This document shows positions 18,843 to 28,081 of a stretch of 64,000 nucleotides of DNA, in pieces. Under the pieces are notes generated by a model. The model saw only the letters and a program-made list of their open reading frames with translations, searched no databases and was not told where the DNA came from. How positions within the stretch are numbered: the first letter of the stretch is position 1; every line of letters begins with the position of its first letter. Both the position numbers and the translations under genes were made by a program. The DNA comes from a virus (taxonomy: Duplodnaviria; Heunggongvirae; Uroviricota; Caudoviricetes). The stretch lies in IMG/VR virus record IMGVR_UViG_3300029923_000009; one strand, given 5' to 3'.

Positions 18843-19112
18843 ATGGAAATAATTACTATTTTATGTCTAATATATTCGTTGGTGATTGGAATATTAACAT
18901 ATCTAATCGTTAAAGAGAAAAACGTATTCTTAATCTTTCTTTTTATAATATTACTTGTAATAACCGTATCAATATTAGGTTTTTTCGTTGGTACTAGAAC
19001 TGGTGAATCAAATGTGTTAAAGGGTAAACCAACTTATAAAATGGTTATAAACTATCAAAAAATTGATAATGTTGTTTCAGTAAAAGACACAACGTTCATA
19101 TTAAAAAAATAG
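18843..19112 (+). CDS. small membrane protein (89 aa)
   Basis: two hydrophobic helices at the N-terminus. Confidence 0.5.
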   Translation: MEIITILCLIYSLVIGILTYLIVKEKNVFLIFLFIILLVITVSILGFFVGTRTGESNVLKGKPTYKMVINYQKIDNVVSVKDTTFILKK

Positions 19113-19121
19113 ATATATTAT

Positions 19122-19167
19122 TTAACAAATTCCATTTTCACGGTTAAAACTATTATAGTATCTTTGC
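19122..19167 (+). promoter_or_regulatory. early-class promoter (for the SPFH lipoprotein gene)
   Basis: TTAACAAATTCCATTTTC ... TATCTTTGC. Confidence 0.5.
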
Positions 19168-19220
19168 ATATCAAAATTAATTAAAAACAAATAAATAATT
19201 ATTAAAAAAAACAAGAATTT

Positions 19221-20048
19221 ATGAAAAAAGTATTTTCGATTATTTTTCTAACTGTATTAATGTTTACAATGAACAGTTGCTATCGGGTTTCACCAAATGC
19301 AGGTGAAGAGAGTGTGTTAGTGTATAAACCTATGATTTTTGGTGATGGTGGGGTTGATACTACTCCTATCCCAACAGGTTCTATTTGGTGTGTTGTAACT
19401 ACAGATCATTATGAATTTCAGATTACACCAACTACCATTACCGAAGATTTTAAGAATATGATTCCATCGGATAATACACCTGTTTCCTTTTCAGTTTATT
19501 TGAAAGTCCAAATACAACAAGGTAAAACACCGTATTTATATCAAAATTTTGGTGCTAAGTGGTATGAACACAGCCTACAGGCAACATTTAGAACGATGGT
19601 TAGAGATAAGGCAAGTGCTTTTAAAATGTTTGACTTGGCAAGTAAACGAGACATTTCATCTAAATTAGAAAGTGATATTTTCAAAGACTTATCGGCATAC
19701 GCTAAAAAATTAAATATTCCTGTCAAAATTCTACAAGTTTCAATCGGTGCAATTACACCACCTGAACAAGTATTAACTGAAACAAAATTAACAGCAGCAC
19801 AAAATCAAAGTGTATTAACCCAAAATGCAAGGGCTACAGCCGAGCTTTCAAGAAAACAAGCCGAAATAAATAAAGCTATTGCTGATAAATCATACCAAAA
19901 TCAAATGGGTATGAGTGTTAATGAATATCTTCACCTAAGGCAACTTGAAATTGAAAAGGAAAAAGTTGAGTTAATTAAAGATCATGATAATGTTACCATT
20001 ATATTCGGTGGTGGGTCAGGAGTACCAATGACATATCCAGTAAAATAA
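19221..20048 (+). CDS. SPFH (band-7/prohibitin-like) domain lipoprotein (275 aa)
   Basis: N-terminal signal peptide ending in a lipobox-like MNSC; central/C-terminal region has SPFH-like pattern (PPEQVLTETKLTAAQNQ...ARATAELSRKQAEINKAIADK); own promoter 19122-19167 and terminator 20077-20118. Confidence 0.65.
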   Translation: MKKVFSIIFLTVLMFTMNSCYRVSPNAGEESVLVYKPMIFGDGGVDTTPIPTGSIWCVVTTDHYEFQITPTTITEDFKNMIPSDNTPVSFSVYLKVQIQQGKTPYLYQNFGAKWYEHSLQATFRTMVRDKASAFKMFDLASKRDISSKLESDIFKDLSAYAKKLNIPVKILQVSIGAITPPEQVLTETKLTAAQNQSVLTQNARATAELSRKQAEINKAIADKSYQNQMGMSVNEYLHLRQLEIEKEKVELIKDHDNVTIIFGGGSGVPMTYPVK

Positions 20049-20076
20049 TAAAATATAATTTTAATTAACATATTTT

Positions 20077-20118
20077 AGCTAAATCCATTTGTATATTACA
20101 TCGGATTTAGCTATTTTT
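20077..20118 (+). terminator. rho-independent terminator
   Basis: Perfect 10-bp stem AGCTAAATCC / GGATTTAGCT followed by ATTTTTGT. Confidence 0.6.
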
Positions 20119-20120
20119 GT
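20112..20120 (+). promoter_or_regulatory. -7 box TATTTTTGT
   Basis: Immediately after terminator 20077-20118. Confidence 0.4.
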
Positions 20121-20147
20121 ATCATAATTTTAAAAACAATAAACATA

Positions 20148-20336
20148 ATGAGCGTACTAAAAACAAATCCTGAAATGATGAGCGTTGTTATTAACATTCA
20201 AACAATGAAAAGTAAAATTAACCCTCTTTATAATTCACATTATGATTTTCAACAGTTGATTAAAAAGAGTGTTGAAGAATTATACAATGAACAAGATTCT
20301 TTAATTACTGAATATAATAAAACATTTAATAAATAA
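20148..20336 (+). CDS. hypothetical protein (62 aa)
   Basis: ATG ORF after terminator/promoter 20077-20120. Confidence 0.45.
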   Translation: MSVLKTNPEMMSVVINIQTMKSKINPLYNSHYDFQQLIKKSVEELYNEQDSLITEYNKTFNK

Positions 20337-20343
20337 ATATATT

Positions 20344-20709
20344 ATGACAACAGACGGAAAATTAGAAGAAAAAGAAATTGAAGTAGGTAGTGGGTTGATA
20401 TTAGAATTTGCTGGGTTTGTAAAATGTCTCGATGTTTATGCTTGGAGGAGTATCGAGGGTGACTATATACTACCTTTCAGGTCGGTTACATACCATTTAT
20501 CTTATGATACTTTGATGTCAATAGTTGAAAAAATAATAAAACTTAAAATTGATGGGTATACTCCATTTATTGAAATAACGAATCATGGTTCAAGTATTGA
20601 AGTTGGTAAAAAACCTATGAAATTTAGTGGTGTACGTGGTGAAAGTATGTTAATTAACACTTGGGTTGCGGTTGTTGAATTTTTGGATTGGTACTTAAAA
20701 ACAAAATAA
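20344..20709 (+). CDS. hypothetical protein (121 aa)
   Basis: ATG ORF. Confidence 0.5.
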   Translation: MTTDGKLEEKEIEVGSGLILEFAGFVKCLDVYAWRSIEGDYILPFRSVTYHLSYDTLMSIVEKIIKLKIDGYTPFIEITNHGSSIEVGKKPMKFSGVRGESMLINTWVAVVEFLDWYLKTK

Positions 20710-20712
20710 ATC

Positions 20713-20916
20713 ATGAAAAATAGATTTTGGAGTTCAGTTTTAATATTTGTAGTTACTTGGTTGATTACCTATTTGATTAGCGGTATAGTTCCATTTAATT
20801 GGGATATGAGCCGTTGGAGTGAAGATGGTAGAATAGCTTACACGGTGTTTTGTACGGGTATGGGTGCTTTATTTGTTGGTATATATTGGTTTAATTCTGT
20901 AACTGATAATAAATAA
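20713..20916 (+). CDS. small membrane protein (67 aa)
   Basis: two predicted TM helices. Confidence 0.45.
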   Translation: MKNRFWSSVLIFVVTWLITYLISGIVPFNWDMSRWSEDGRIAYTVFCTGMGALFVGIYWFNSVTDNK

Positions 20917-20927
20917 TATATGTTATT

Positions 20928-21473
20928 ATGAGAGATAAAATGAATTCAGTTGTTTACTTTGTTGAAGCAACAAGTTTTGAACAACATTCTTTGTGGAAAG
21001 AATATCATACTAAAACAGAATGGGAAGAAATACGTGATGGTTTTGGTGAAATTATTGGTGAATTTGGTGGAAAGCCTATTTTTTTAACCTTTAGTTTCAT
21101 TAATCTTTATGGTAAGTTAATATGTTTTTATAATCCAATATCTACAGTTGTTAATTATGTGATAATTGAAAACTATTTTAAAGCAAAATATGTTGGAGTT
21201 AAAACAACAGATGCTAAAAATTTTTCGGATGTAATTAACTTTTGTAAAATTATGAAAAAACAATATATAATTAATTATCAAATAAAAGATAAGTGTTTTA
21301 CTACGTGTTTAAACGTATTAATATCAGAATCAAACCCAAAAAATACATTAAATGAACTTTTGAGTGGTATTAAAAATGATTTTGATAATGACACCAATAA
21401 AAAAGGTCATAATGGTAATAACAGTATTTATCTTTCTGAAATTTTAATCACAAATATGTTTCCTTTAACATAA
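20928..21473 (+). CDS. hypothetical protein (181 aa)
   Basis: ATG ORF. Confidence 0.55.
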   Translation: MRDKMNSVVYFVEATSFEQHSLWKEYHTKTEWEEIRDGFGEIIGEFGGKPIFLTFSFINLYGKLICFYNPISTVVNYVIIENYFKAKYVGVKTTDAKNFSDVINFCKIMKKQYIINYQIKDKCFTTCLNVLISESNPKNTLNELLSGIKNDFDNDTNKKGHNGNNSIYLSEILITNMFPLT

Positions 21474-21510
21474 TTCATTTGTAACTATTGTTCAAATAAA
21501 CTATCTTTGT
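21465..21510 (+). promoter_or_regulatory. early-class promoter (degenerate upstream box)
   Basis: TTAACATAATTCATTTG ... TATCTTTGT. Confidence 0.45.
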
Positions 21511-21548
21511 ATTATAAAAATTAATAAACAATTTAAATAAATAAGGTT

Positions 21549-21749
21549 ATGGAAAAATATGAGTTAATGGGTATTGATGGTAACGCATTTAGTATAATGG
21601 GATATGTTAGTGGTGCTATGAGAAGTGAGGGTAAAAGTCAGGAAGAAATAGATGCTTACATTACAGAAGCAAAATCAGGAAACTATGATAATTTGTTATG
21701 TGTTAGTATGGATATGATTGATGAATTAAACAAAGAGTTGGAAAAATAA
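21549..21749 (+). CDS. hypothetical protein (66 aa)
   Basis: ATG ORF; promoter 21465-21510. Confidence 0.45.
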   Translation: MEKYELMGIDGNAFSIMGYVSGAMRSEGKSQEEIDAYITEAKSGNYDNLLCVSMDMIDELNKELEK

Positions 21750-21846
21750 TCTTAAACTTAAATACTATGGATTTTTTTATCAATGGAAAAAAGAAATATG
21801 TAGTTAGTAAGGGGTCAATCACGAAAACAATAGATCAAATAGTACT

Positions 21847-21892
21847 TTAACAAATTTGATTTCCAAAACAGACTAAAATAGCTTATCTTTGT
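21847..21892 (+). promoter_or_regulatory. early-class promoter
   Basis: TTAACAAATTTGATTTCC ... TATCTTTGT. Confidence 0.55.
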
Positions 21893-21923
21893 GTCATAAT
21901 TAAAACAAATAAAGAAATAGAAT

Positions 21924-22415
21924 ATGAAAAAAGAATTTGATTTTGGAAAAATTGACTACAATAGTATTGGTAAAAGAGTTAACACTGTTTTGGTTGAAGT
22001 TGAATTATTCGAAAAGAAATGCAAAAACTTTGAAACAAACGAAATAGAATTGATGTGGTGTTTTAGCTGTAGTTGTGGCGTTTGGAATGGTAGGAAAACA
22101 GATATAATTGCAGGAGGTAATTTATTTTCTGAATTAAAAACATTTATTAAAAATCCTTTGTTAGAAACTATTTCTATTTTATATAATAAATGGAATCTGA
22201 ATGATTTAAAGTCGGGTTCTAAGACACAATGCGAAGCAATTGAACTATTCCGTAAAGAAAATAATATGGGTGGTATATGGGCTTATGAACAAGAATGTAA
22301 TTATCTTAAATCAATTGGAATATATGAAGATGGCGATTTTAGATATGGTATCGGTTGGTGGTGTCAAGAGATACCAAATGAAGTAGTTGAAGAAATTAAA
22401 AACCTTTTAAAATAA
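21924..22415 (+). CDS. hypothetical Cys/Trp-rich protein (163 aa)
   Basis: ATG ORF; early promoter 21847-21892. Confidence 0.55.
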   Translation: MKKEFDFGKIDYNSIGKRVNTVLVEVELFEKKCKNFETNEIELMWCFSCSCGVWNGRKTDIIAGGNLFSELKTFIKNPLLETISILYNKWNLNDLKSGSKTQCEAIELFRKENNMGGIWAYEQECNYLKSIGIYEDGDFRYGIGWWCQEIPNEVVEEIKNLLK

Positions 22416-22428
22416 AATATAATTTAAT

Positions 22429-23226
22429 ATGGAAAAAGTATTATTAAACTCATTGAAAATAGGTGATGAATTTCGGTTATTAAGCGAAAATGATACGCTA
22501 TATACAATTCGTGTTGTTGATAATGATAATCGTGTATTTGTTGATAGCAACGTGACGGCACTTTCAGAAATAAGAACTGAATATGTGTATGTTGATAATA
22601 AAATTAAAAAAGCATTGGAGTGGTGGAGTGGAATAACTAATACTATGAAAAAAGTTAATTTACAAGAAACATATATTGGTAATTGTAGTTTATTGAGAAC
22701 ATTAACAGATGGAGAAATAGTTTACATTTGGGAATCTGAAAATAACAAAAAAATAACACCAATTATCAAAAACGAAAAAATGTTGGATAAAATGGAAGAG
22801 TTCATGAGAGATTCAACATCAGAATCCATATTGGATGATTGTAAAAAATGGGGTATTCCTGTGGAAGATGTTATCGAGGAAAAACCAAAGTCAATTAATA
22901 ATATGGTGGAAGATTTAAAAGAATATTTCAGAATAACATCAAGAGAAAAGGTTTTGGAAGATTGGGCAAAATCTGCTGAATATGATAATGTTGGTGTATC
23001 TGTAAGTGAGTTTCTTGATGTACAGGAAAGTTACCAATATAAATATGTTTGGCTTAATTTAATCACAGGTGCGTTTACTATGTCATGGACAGAAGAGATT
23101 GAAAAATTATATGGTTGTGATGCTGAACTGCAAGAAAAAGCCAACAAAGACGGAATGAAACTTATCAAATACCAATGTGTTAACGACCATGAGTTTGAAT
23201 TTTATAATCAAATGAAACTTAGATAA
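22429..23226 (+). CDS. hypothetical protein (265 aa)
   Basis: long ATG ORF. Confidence 0.6.
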   Translation: MEKVLLNSLKIGDEFRLLSENDTLYTIRVVDNDNRVFVDSNVTALSEIRTEYVYVDNKIKKALEWWSGITNTMKKVNLQETYIGNCSLLRTLTDGEIVYIWESENNKKITPIIKNEKMLDKMEEFMRDSTSESILDDCKKWGIPVEDVIEEKPKSINNMVEDLKEYFRITSREKVLEDWAKSAEYDNVGVSVSEFLDVQESYQYKYVWLNLITGAFTMSWTEEIEKLYGCDAELQEKANKDGMKLIKYQCVNDHEFEFYNQMKLR

Positions 23227-23240
23227 TTAAATAATAATAA

Positions 23241-23254
23241 TACTCAATTGAGTA
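23241..23254. repeat. TACTCA-NN-TGAGTA palindrome (copy 4)
   Basis: TACTCAATTGAGTA; 22 nt before ATG of small ORF 23276-23380. Confidence 0.55.
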
Positions 23255-23386
23255 CCTTAAAAAAACAAGCTAACTATGAATACTATAAAGTTATCAAAAA
23301 GACAAATAGAAATATTGGAATTGATTAATGATGATGGTTCAATAATTAAAATTAGTTGTATTACACCAATTAAAACAAATTAAATT

Positions 23387-23785
23387 ATGAAAACAAATTT
23401 GACCTTTTATTTGAACGATAAAGCGGAAACATGTATTACGACAATTTATGATTACCAAACAGCACCAATTTTTAAGAAAGGGTATAGGTTTTGGTTTTCA
23501 GTTTCGGATTTATACCCAAAGACAATATCAGAATTATCGAAAGAATATAAAACTACATTTGTTGATTCAATAATTGCTGATAATAAAGAAAAAATCAAAA
23601 ACTTTAATAATACTGAATTTAAGATTGTCTCAATATATTCTGAAATGAAATTTGATCAAAATTTATCTGAAAATCATCGAATGGTAATAGAATATAGATG
23701 TAAAAAAATAAAACATTTTTATTGGAGATTTTGGGATAGATATAAATTTAAACAGTTTTTTAATTTAAAAAATTATTTTAACTAA
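23387..23785 (+). CDS. hypothetical basic protein (132 aa)
   Basis: ATG ORF. Confidence 0.5.
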   Translation: MKTNLTFYLNDKAETCITTIYDYQTAPIFKKGYRFWFSVSDLYPKTISELSKEYKTTFVDSIIADNKEKIKNFNNTEFKIVSIYSEMKFDQNLSENHRMVIEYRCKKIKHFYWRFWDRYKFKQFFNLKNYFN

Positions 23786-23813
23786 ATCAACTTGCTTTAT
23801 AAATAAAATGTTA

Positions 23814-23825
23814 GTACATTTGTAC
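23814..23825 (+). promoter_or_regulatory. class-II promoter core GTACATTTGTAC
   Basis: TACATTTG fits TAnnTTTG; 21 nt before ATG 23846. Confidence 0.45.
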
Positions 23826-23845
23826 AAAAAAATTATAATTAATAT

Positions 23846-24127
23846 ATGAAAACGAATTTCAACTTTCAACTAAATAACTGGGAATTAAATTTAATTCTTG
23901 ATGTTAAATGTCAAGAAATAGTTAACGATGTTGTAGATGTAACAATAAGTATTATGGGTTGTAATTTTGAAAATAGATTAGGTATTTTGAATTTAGAAAC
24001 AAGAAAATTAATATGTAAAGAAAAGTTTTCAATTAAACCATATAAAGAAAACGAAGAAATTAAATCTACATATAATTTTATAGTCCCAAAAGATATTGTT
24101 AAACAAATAAAATCATATTTAAATTAA
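23846..24127 (+). CDS. hypothetical protein (93 aa)
   Basis: ATG ORF; class-II promoter GTACATTTGTAC at 23814. Confidence 0.5.
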   Translation: MKTNFNFQLNNWELNLILDVKCQEIVNDVVDVTISIMGCNFENRLGILNLETRKLICKEKFSIKPYKENEEIKSTYNFIVPKDIVKQIKSYLN

Positions 24128-24156
24128 AATAACCATTAAAAAATAAATGTAAGAAA

Positions 24157-24459
24157 ATGAAGAAATTATTATTAGTATTAGCCTTGGCTTTCTCCCTATC
24201 ATCTTGTTATGAGGATGTTAATAAATCAGTAACTAATCCAGCAAAGGAAACAACAAGTTATTTACAGCATTTACCAAAAGATACAACTGTAACGGTTGCA
24301 TATGAACGGCATAGTGTTTATATTTTTGATGCAAAAACTAATTTATTAAAATATAAAGCTGATTCTGAAATAGATAGTGGTTTTTCGATTGATATTTTTC
24401 TTTTTCTTTGTATTTGTGTTATGTTCTTTTTGCTTGGAGCTTTGATAGGTAGTAATTAA
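24157..24459 (+). CDS. lipoprotein with C-terminal TM helix (100 aa)
   Basis: MKKLLLVLALAFSLSSC lipobox; hydrophobic C-terminus. Confidence 0.55.
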   Translation: MKKLLLVLALAFSLSSCYEDVNKSVTNPAKETTSYLQHLPKDTTVTVAYERHSVYIFDAKTNLLKYKADSEIDSGFSIDIFLFLCICVMFFLLGALIGSN

Positions 24460-24468
24460 TGGTATTAT

Positions 24469-24588
24469 ATGAACAAAGAAATATATTTTAAAATTAAAAT
24501 AGGAATTATTAGGTTGATTGTTTTTATAGCTTATGCTGTATTAGGTGTATGTATCGGGTGCGGTTTAATTTATACATTAAAAATATGA
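24469..24588 (+). CDS. hypothetical small membrane protein (39 aa)
   Basis: ATG ORF not in track; hydrophobic; ATGA overlap with the next ORF. Confidence 0.3.
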   Translation: MNKEIYFKIKIGIIRLIVFIAYAVLGVCIGCGLIYTLKI

Positions 24589-24746
24589 TAAAAAGAGCAA
24601 TTGAAACAGAAGACGATTATATTGATAGAAAATATGAAAGTAGTAAACAGGTATTAGAAACATTTTATAAATTAATTTTTATAGTTTTATTTGGTGTTAT
24701 ACTTGGTAAAATTTTTGGTTATGTAATTTTAACCTTTTTAAATTAA
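24585..24746 (+). CDS. hypothetical small membrane protein (53 aa)
   Basis: Replaces track ORF 24549; ATG at 24585 is coupled to the upstream small ORF. Confidence 0.35.
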   Translation: MIKRAIETEDDYIDRKYESSKQVLETFYKLIFIVLFGVILGKIFGYVILTFLN

Positions 24747-24756
24747 TTATAATATA

Positions 24757-24939
24757 ATGATTAGATTTTTGAAAAGAAATTACTATAAACTATTTGATTA
24801 TGCTAGTCGAATAGATAACGATTCTAAAGGGAAATTCAGAGTTAAATATTCAGATGGTAAAACAACAACAAAAATGAGTTATTGGACTGCCAAAACATAT
24901 GCAACTACATTTAATGGGGTAATAATCGACGCATTTTAA
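24757..24939 (+). CDS. hypothetical protein (60 aa)
   Basis: ATG ORF. Confidence 0.4.
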   Translation: MIRFLKRNYYKLFDYASRIDNDSKGKFRVKYSDGKTTTKMSYWTAKTYATTFNGVIIDAF

Positions 24940-24955
24940 TTAAAATCAAAATAAT

Positions 24956-25123
24956 ATGGAATTAACATTTAGAAAAACAGAAACTGATGAAATTATCATT
25001 GAAGGACTTTTCCCTCTACCAGTAGTGTATCAGGATTTAGATACTGCCCTCACCTGTGAATTTGCTACGAAGTTGGAAGAGGCATTAAAGGAATACGGTG
25101 GGAATGTGATTGTAAAATTTTAA
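24956..25123 (+). CDS. hypothetical small protein (55 aa)
   Basis: ATG ORF absent from track. Confidence 0.35.
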   Translation: MELTFRKTETDEIIIEGLFPLPVVYQDLDTALTCEFATKLEEALKEYGGNVIVKF

Positions 25124-25283
25124 ATAATATGAGAAAAATATATATGGTACAGACTTTGAACTTTATAGCTCAAACAAATGTGGATTTTGTAAATGATATA
25201 CTTAAAAATTCAACTCAACAACAGTTGAAAGATGATACGTATTATTTTGTTATGAATTAATTAACAATCAAAATTTTATTGTT

Positions 25284-25541
25284 ATGGCGAATGATTATTT
25301 TAACTATGAACCTACAGCTATTGAATTGAACGAATTCAAAATGGTTAATTCAGGCTATATAAAGCCACCTAAACCATTTGAAATTATCAAACCTACTCAC
25401 GGTTCACTTGTATTAATAGAGGGTAATAATCGAACGATAATAAAGAATAATTTACCAATACCTTTATTACAACATATAAGAAGTAAAATGATAAAAAATT
25501 GTTATAAAAAGAAAAATTTAAAAATAGAACATATAATTTAA
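25284..25541 (+). CDS. hypothetical protein (85 aa)
   Basis: ATG ORF. Confidence 0.45.
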   Translation: MANDYFNYEPTAIELNEFKMVNSGYIKPPKPFEIIKPTHGSLVLIEGNNRTIIKNNLPIPLLQHIRSKMIKNCYKKKNLKIEHII

Positions 25542-25554
25542 AATAAATAAACAT

Positions 25555-25938
25555 ATGGAAATAATAAAAGTTATAATTTTATGGATACTTATAGATATTT
25601 CAATTATCTTAGTCATTATTGAAATTACGAATATATTGGTAAATGGCTATCATTTTATCCATGGAAATGGTGTGAATTTATTAATTGAAGAACTTGATGT
25701 TAGTACATCTTCAATTTTAAGTTCGATGATAGATTTAAAAGGAAAGTCAAGATTGAATGCGCAGTATATATCGAATTCAATGTCAACTTTAATCTTTCCT
25801 TATATTATTAGATGTGGAGAGTTAGGTGATAAAAGGACTACGTATATGATTATTAGGTGGACAAAATCTTATTATCTCATTAAGGATAAATACAAAGAGC
25901 TTTACCCGAAAAAAAAAAACAAACCAAAAATACATTAA
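25555..25938 (+). CDS. membrane protein (127 aa)
   Basis: N-terminal TM helix; followed by terminator 25953-25984. Confidence 0.5.
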   Translation: MEIIKVIILWILIDISIILVIIEITNILVNGYHFIHGNGVNLLIEELDVSTSSILSSMIDLKGKSRLNAQYISNSMSTLIFPYIIRCGELGDKRTTYMIIRWTKSYYLIKDKYKELYPKKKNKPKIH

Positions 25939-25952
25939 ATTTTAGTTGATTT

Positions 25953-25984
25953 AACCACATTATATTTTATTTTGTGGTTTTTTA
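25953..25984 (+). terminator. rho-independent terminator
   Basis: AACCACA ... TGTGGTT followed by TTTTT. Confidence 0.5.
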
Positions 25985-25991
25985 ATATATT

Positions 25992-26037
25992 TTAACAAAT
26001 TAAATTTTTACAAGTAAATGTTTTATAATATCTTTGT
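25992..26037 (+). promoter_or_regulatory. early-class promoter
   Basis: TTAACAAATTAAATTTTT ... TATCTTTGT. Confidence 0.5.
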
Positions 26038-26096
26038 TGCCTAATCAATAAATAAATAAATAAATGATTAATATTAAGTAAAAAAAATATACTGAT

Positions 26097-26444
26097 ATGG
26101 AAATAGAAATAGGTAAAAAATACAATTACTTTGATGATGGAAAAATATGGGAAAGTAGACGGTTGACTGTTGAAATTACAGAGATAATTCCATTTAAAGA
26201 TATTGATGATACAACACTTTGTATTTGGAAAAGTGAGGTTGAACAGTGTTATTGGTTATATTCTAAAGAAACAGACTATTTTGTTAAAGGACTTTTAGAA
26301 ACGGAATATATAGAAATAAAATACGAGGAAATTATTTTTGTTAGAACCTTAGATGGTGGATGGTTTAGTCTCGGATGGTGGGGTGGAAGATTAGATGTAG
26401 ATGGAAAACTTGCCATATTATCAAATAAGAACTCACAAAAATAA
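26097..26444 (+). CDS. hypothetical protein (115 aa)
   Basis: ATG ORF; early promoter 25992-26037. Confidence 0.5.
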   Translation: MEIEIGKKYNYFDDGKIWESRRLTVEITEIIPFKDIDDTTLCIWKSEVEQCYWLYSKETDYFVKGLLETEYIEIKYEEIIFVRTLDGGWFSLGWWGGRLDVDGKLAILSNKNSQK

Positions 26445-26448
26445 TATT

Positions 26449-26673
26449 ATGACGGAAGAAGAAAAATGGTGTCGGCGTTTAAAACGTGTAGTTGATAATA
26501 TGCCCGAAACTTTAGAGGTTTGTATATGTCTAGGTACTATTAATGTTTATTCAAATGGATCTATTCGTAGAAGTTTTGAACAAAGTGGTGATGCAGATGA
26601 AGTTGGTAAATATTCAGAATTTAATTTCACAATTTATGATACAGGGTTCTATGGAAACGAAGAAAGCATTTAA
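26449..26673 (+). CDS. hypothetical protein (74 aa)
   Basis: Track start 26401 overlaps the upstream gene by 44 nt; ATG 26449 is just after its stop. Confidence 0.45.
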   Translation: MTEEEKWCRRLKRVVDNMPETLEVCICLGTINVYSNGSIRRSFEQSGDADEVGKYSEFNFTIYDTGFYGNEESI

Positions 26674-26687
26674 TAAAATATATTAAT

Positions 26688-27116
26688 ATGGAAGACATTT
26701 TTAGAATAGTTACAAAAGCATTTGGTAATAAAGTTGATAAGGGTGGAAGTCCATATGTTTACCATCTAAATAGGGTTGCCGATAAAGTGATGGTCTATTA
26801 TAGCGAAGATTATGAGTTAAAAGAAGCTGCTTTTTGTTATGATCTTTTGGAAGACATAAAAGGTTGGACACCTGAAAAGTTGGGTGAATATGTAAGTCCT
26901 CGTGTTGTTAATTTAGTTAGTATTTTAACGCATAAAGAATATGAACCATATAAAGATTATATTGATAGGGTTGCAATGGATAAGGATGCTATTAAGATTA
27001 AATTAGCTGACTTAGAGGACAATATGGATATTACAAGATTACCTGAATTGACTGAAAAGGACATTGTGCGTTTAAAGAAATACCACAAGTACTACATTTA
27101 CTTAAAAAATTTATAG
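26688..27116 (+). CDS. RelA/SpoT-like HD-domain protein with degenerate HD motif (142 aa)
   Basis: GGSPYVYHLNRVA, AAFCYDLLED and IKLADLEDNM align to the (p)ppGpp-hydrolase HD-domain blocks (SGEPYIxHPLxVA / ALLHDVVED / KLADRLHNM), but the HD dyad reads YD. Confidence 0.55.
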   Translation: MEDIFRIVTKAFGNKVDKGGSPYVYHLNRVADKVMVYYSEDYELKEAAFCYDLLEDIKGWTPEKLGEYVSPRVVNLVSILTHKEYEPYKDYIDRVAMDKDAIKIKLADLEDNMDITRLPELTEKDIVRLKKYHKYYIYLKNL

Positions 27117-27119
27117 AAT

Positions 27120-27338
27120 ATGAAAGTAACACAAAACGGGCTACAGGAATTTCCAGAAGAGAGTGGTTTAATAATGGATGATATTATTAATTTAATGAAT
27201 TTAATAAATAAAAAAGATGGCCATTTGGGTGACATAGTTTCTTGTATTAGAACGACATGTTCAAGCCTGAAATTAAAAGCAGATAAATTATCAAAAATAT
27301 TTGAAGAACAAAAATATGAGACTAATAAAAATAACTAA
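27120..27338 (+). CDS. hypothetical protein (72 aa)
   Basis: ATG ORF. Confidence 0.45.
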   Translation: MKVTQNGLQEFPEESGLIMDDIINLMNLINKKDGHLGDIVSCIRTTCSSLKLKADKLSKIFEEQKYETNKNN

Positions 27339-27624
27339 ATATCTTAGTGCTAGAAGTTTTGATCACTATGTTGTTATATATGATGATTCAAAAACTGTAT
27401 CGGAAATCGATGAAATAGTGGAAGACTGGGGACAGTCCAACCCATCAGGTTCTAATAATGGATATAATCTTAATTGGTCATTTATTGAGGATGAAAAACT
27501 AATTGAAGATTCTTTTCTAAAAGAACTTAAAAGAATATTATTAGATATTGATGAATTACAGAAAAAAGAAATTGAATTGTATACGTATTTTAAATCAATA
27601 AAAGTAAAAGATGTAGAATCATGA
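27316..27624 (+). CDS. hypothetical protein (102 aa)
   Basis: Track start 27301 is TTG; ATG 27316. Confidence 0.45.
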   Translation: MRLIKITKYLSARSFDHYVVIYDDSKTVSEIDEIVEDWGQSNPSGSNNGYNLNWSFIEDEKLIEDSFLKELKRILLDIDELQKKEIELYTYFKSIKVKDVES

Positions 27625-27809
27625 AAAAGAAAGTAAACCTTAAAGATCCTGAAACGGACGAAATTATTGCACAGGTAAATTTACTGACAATTGATTGGTA
27701 TGACGACCTTATACCGACTTGGGAATATTTTTTAGAACAGGTTGGTGGAAATATTGAGGATTTTATAGAATATGTTAATGAAACTACAAACTTAAAAATA
27801 AGCAAATAA
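27621..27809 (+). CDS. hypothetical acidic protein (62 aa)
   Basis: ATGA overlap. Confidence 0.45.
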   Translation: MKKKVNLKDPETDEIIAQVNLLTIDWYDDLIPTWEYFLEQVGGNIEDFIEYVNETTNLKISK

Positions 27810-27810
27810 A

Positions 27811-28008
27811 ATGCAAAAAATAAATAATTTAATAGAAGATTATCAGAGACGAAGTTCAAATATTGAAAGTCAATTAAAATCTTCTAAATGTAAAGAAGAT
27901 AATGTTAATATTAATCGTTTGAGTGCTAAACTTCATTGTTATAAAACGTTTGTAGTTGAACTAGAACGTTTGGTTGATGAAATTAATGAGAAAAATCAAC
28001 GAATTTAA
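27811..28008 (+). CDS. hypothetical protein (65 aa)
   Basis: ATG ORF. Confidence 0.45.
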   Translation: MQKINNLIEDYQRRSSNIESQLKSSKCKEDNVNINRLSAKLHCYKTFVVELERLVDEINEKNQRI

Positions 28009-28043
28009 TTGTTAATTTATTTTGTTAATCCAATACCTTTACG

Positions 28044-28052
28044 TATCTTTGT
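28044..28052 (+). promoter_or_regulatory. -7 box TATCTTTGT
   Basis: 30 nt before ATG 28082. Confidence 0.4.
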
Positions 28053-28081
28053 ATTAGAAATTTAAAGAAGAAAATTATATT

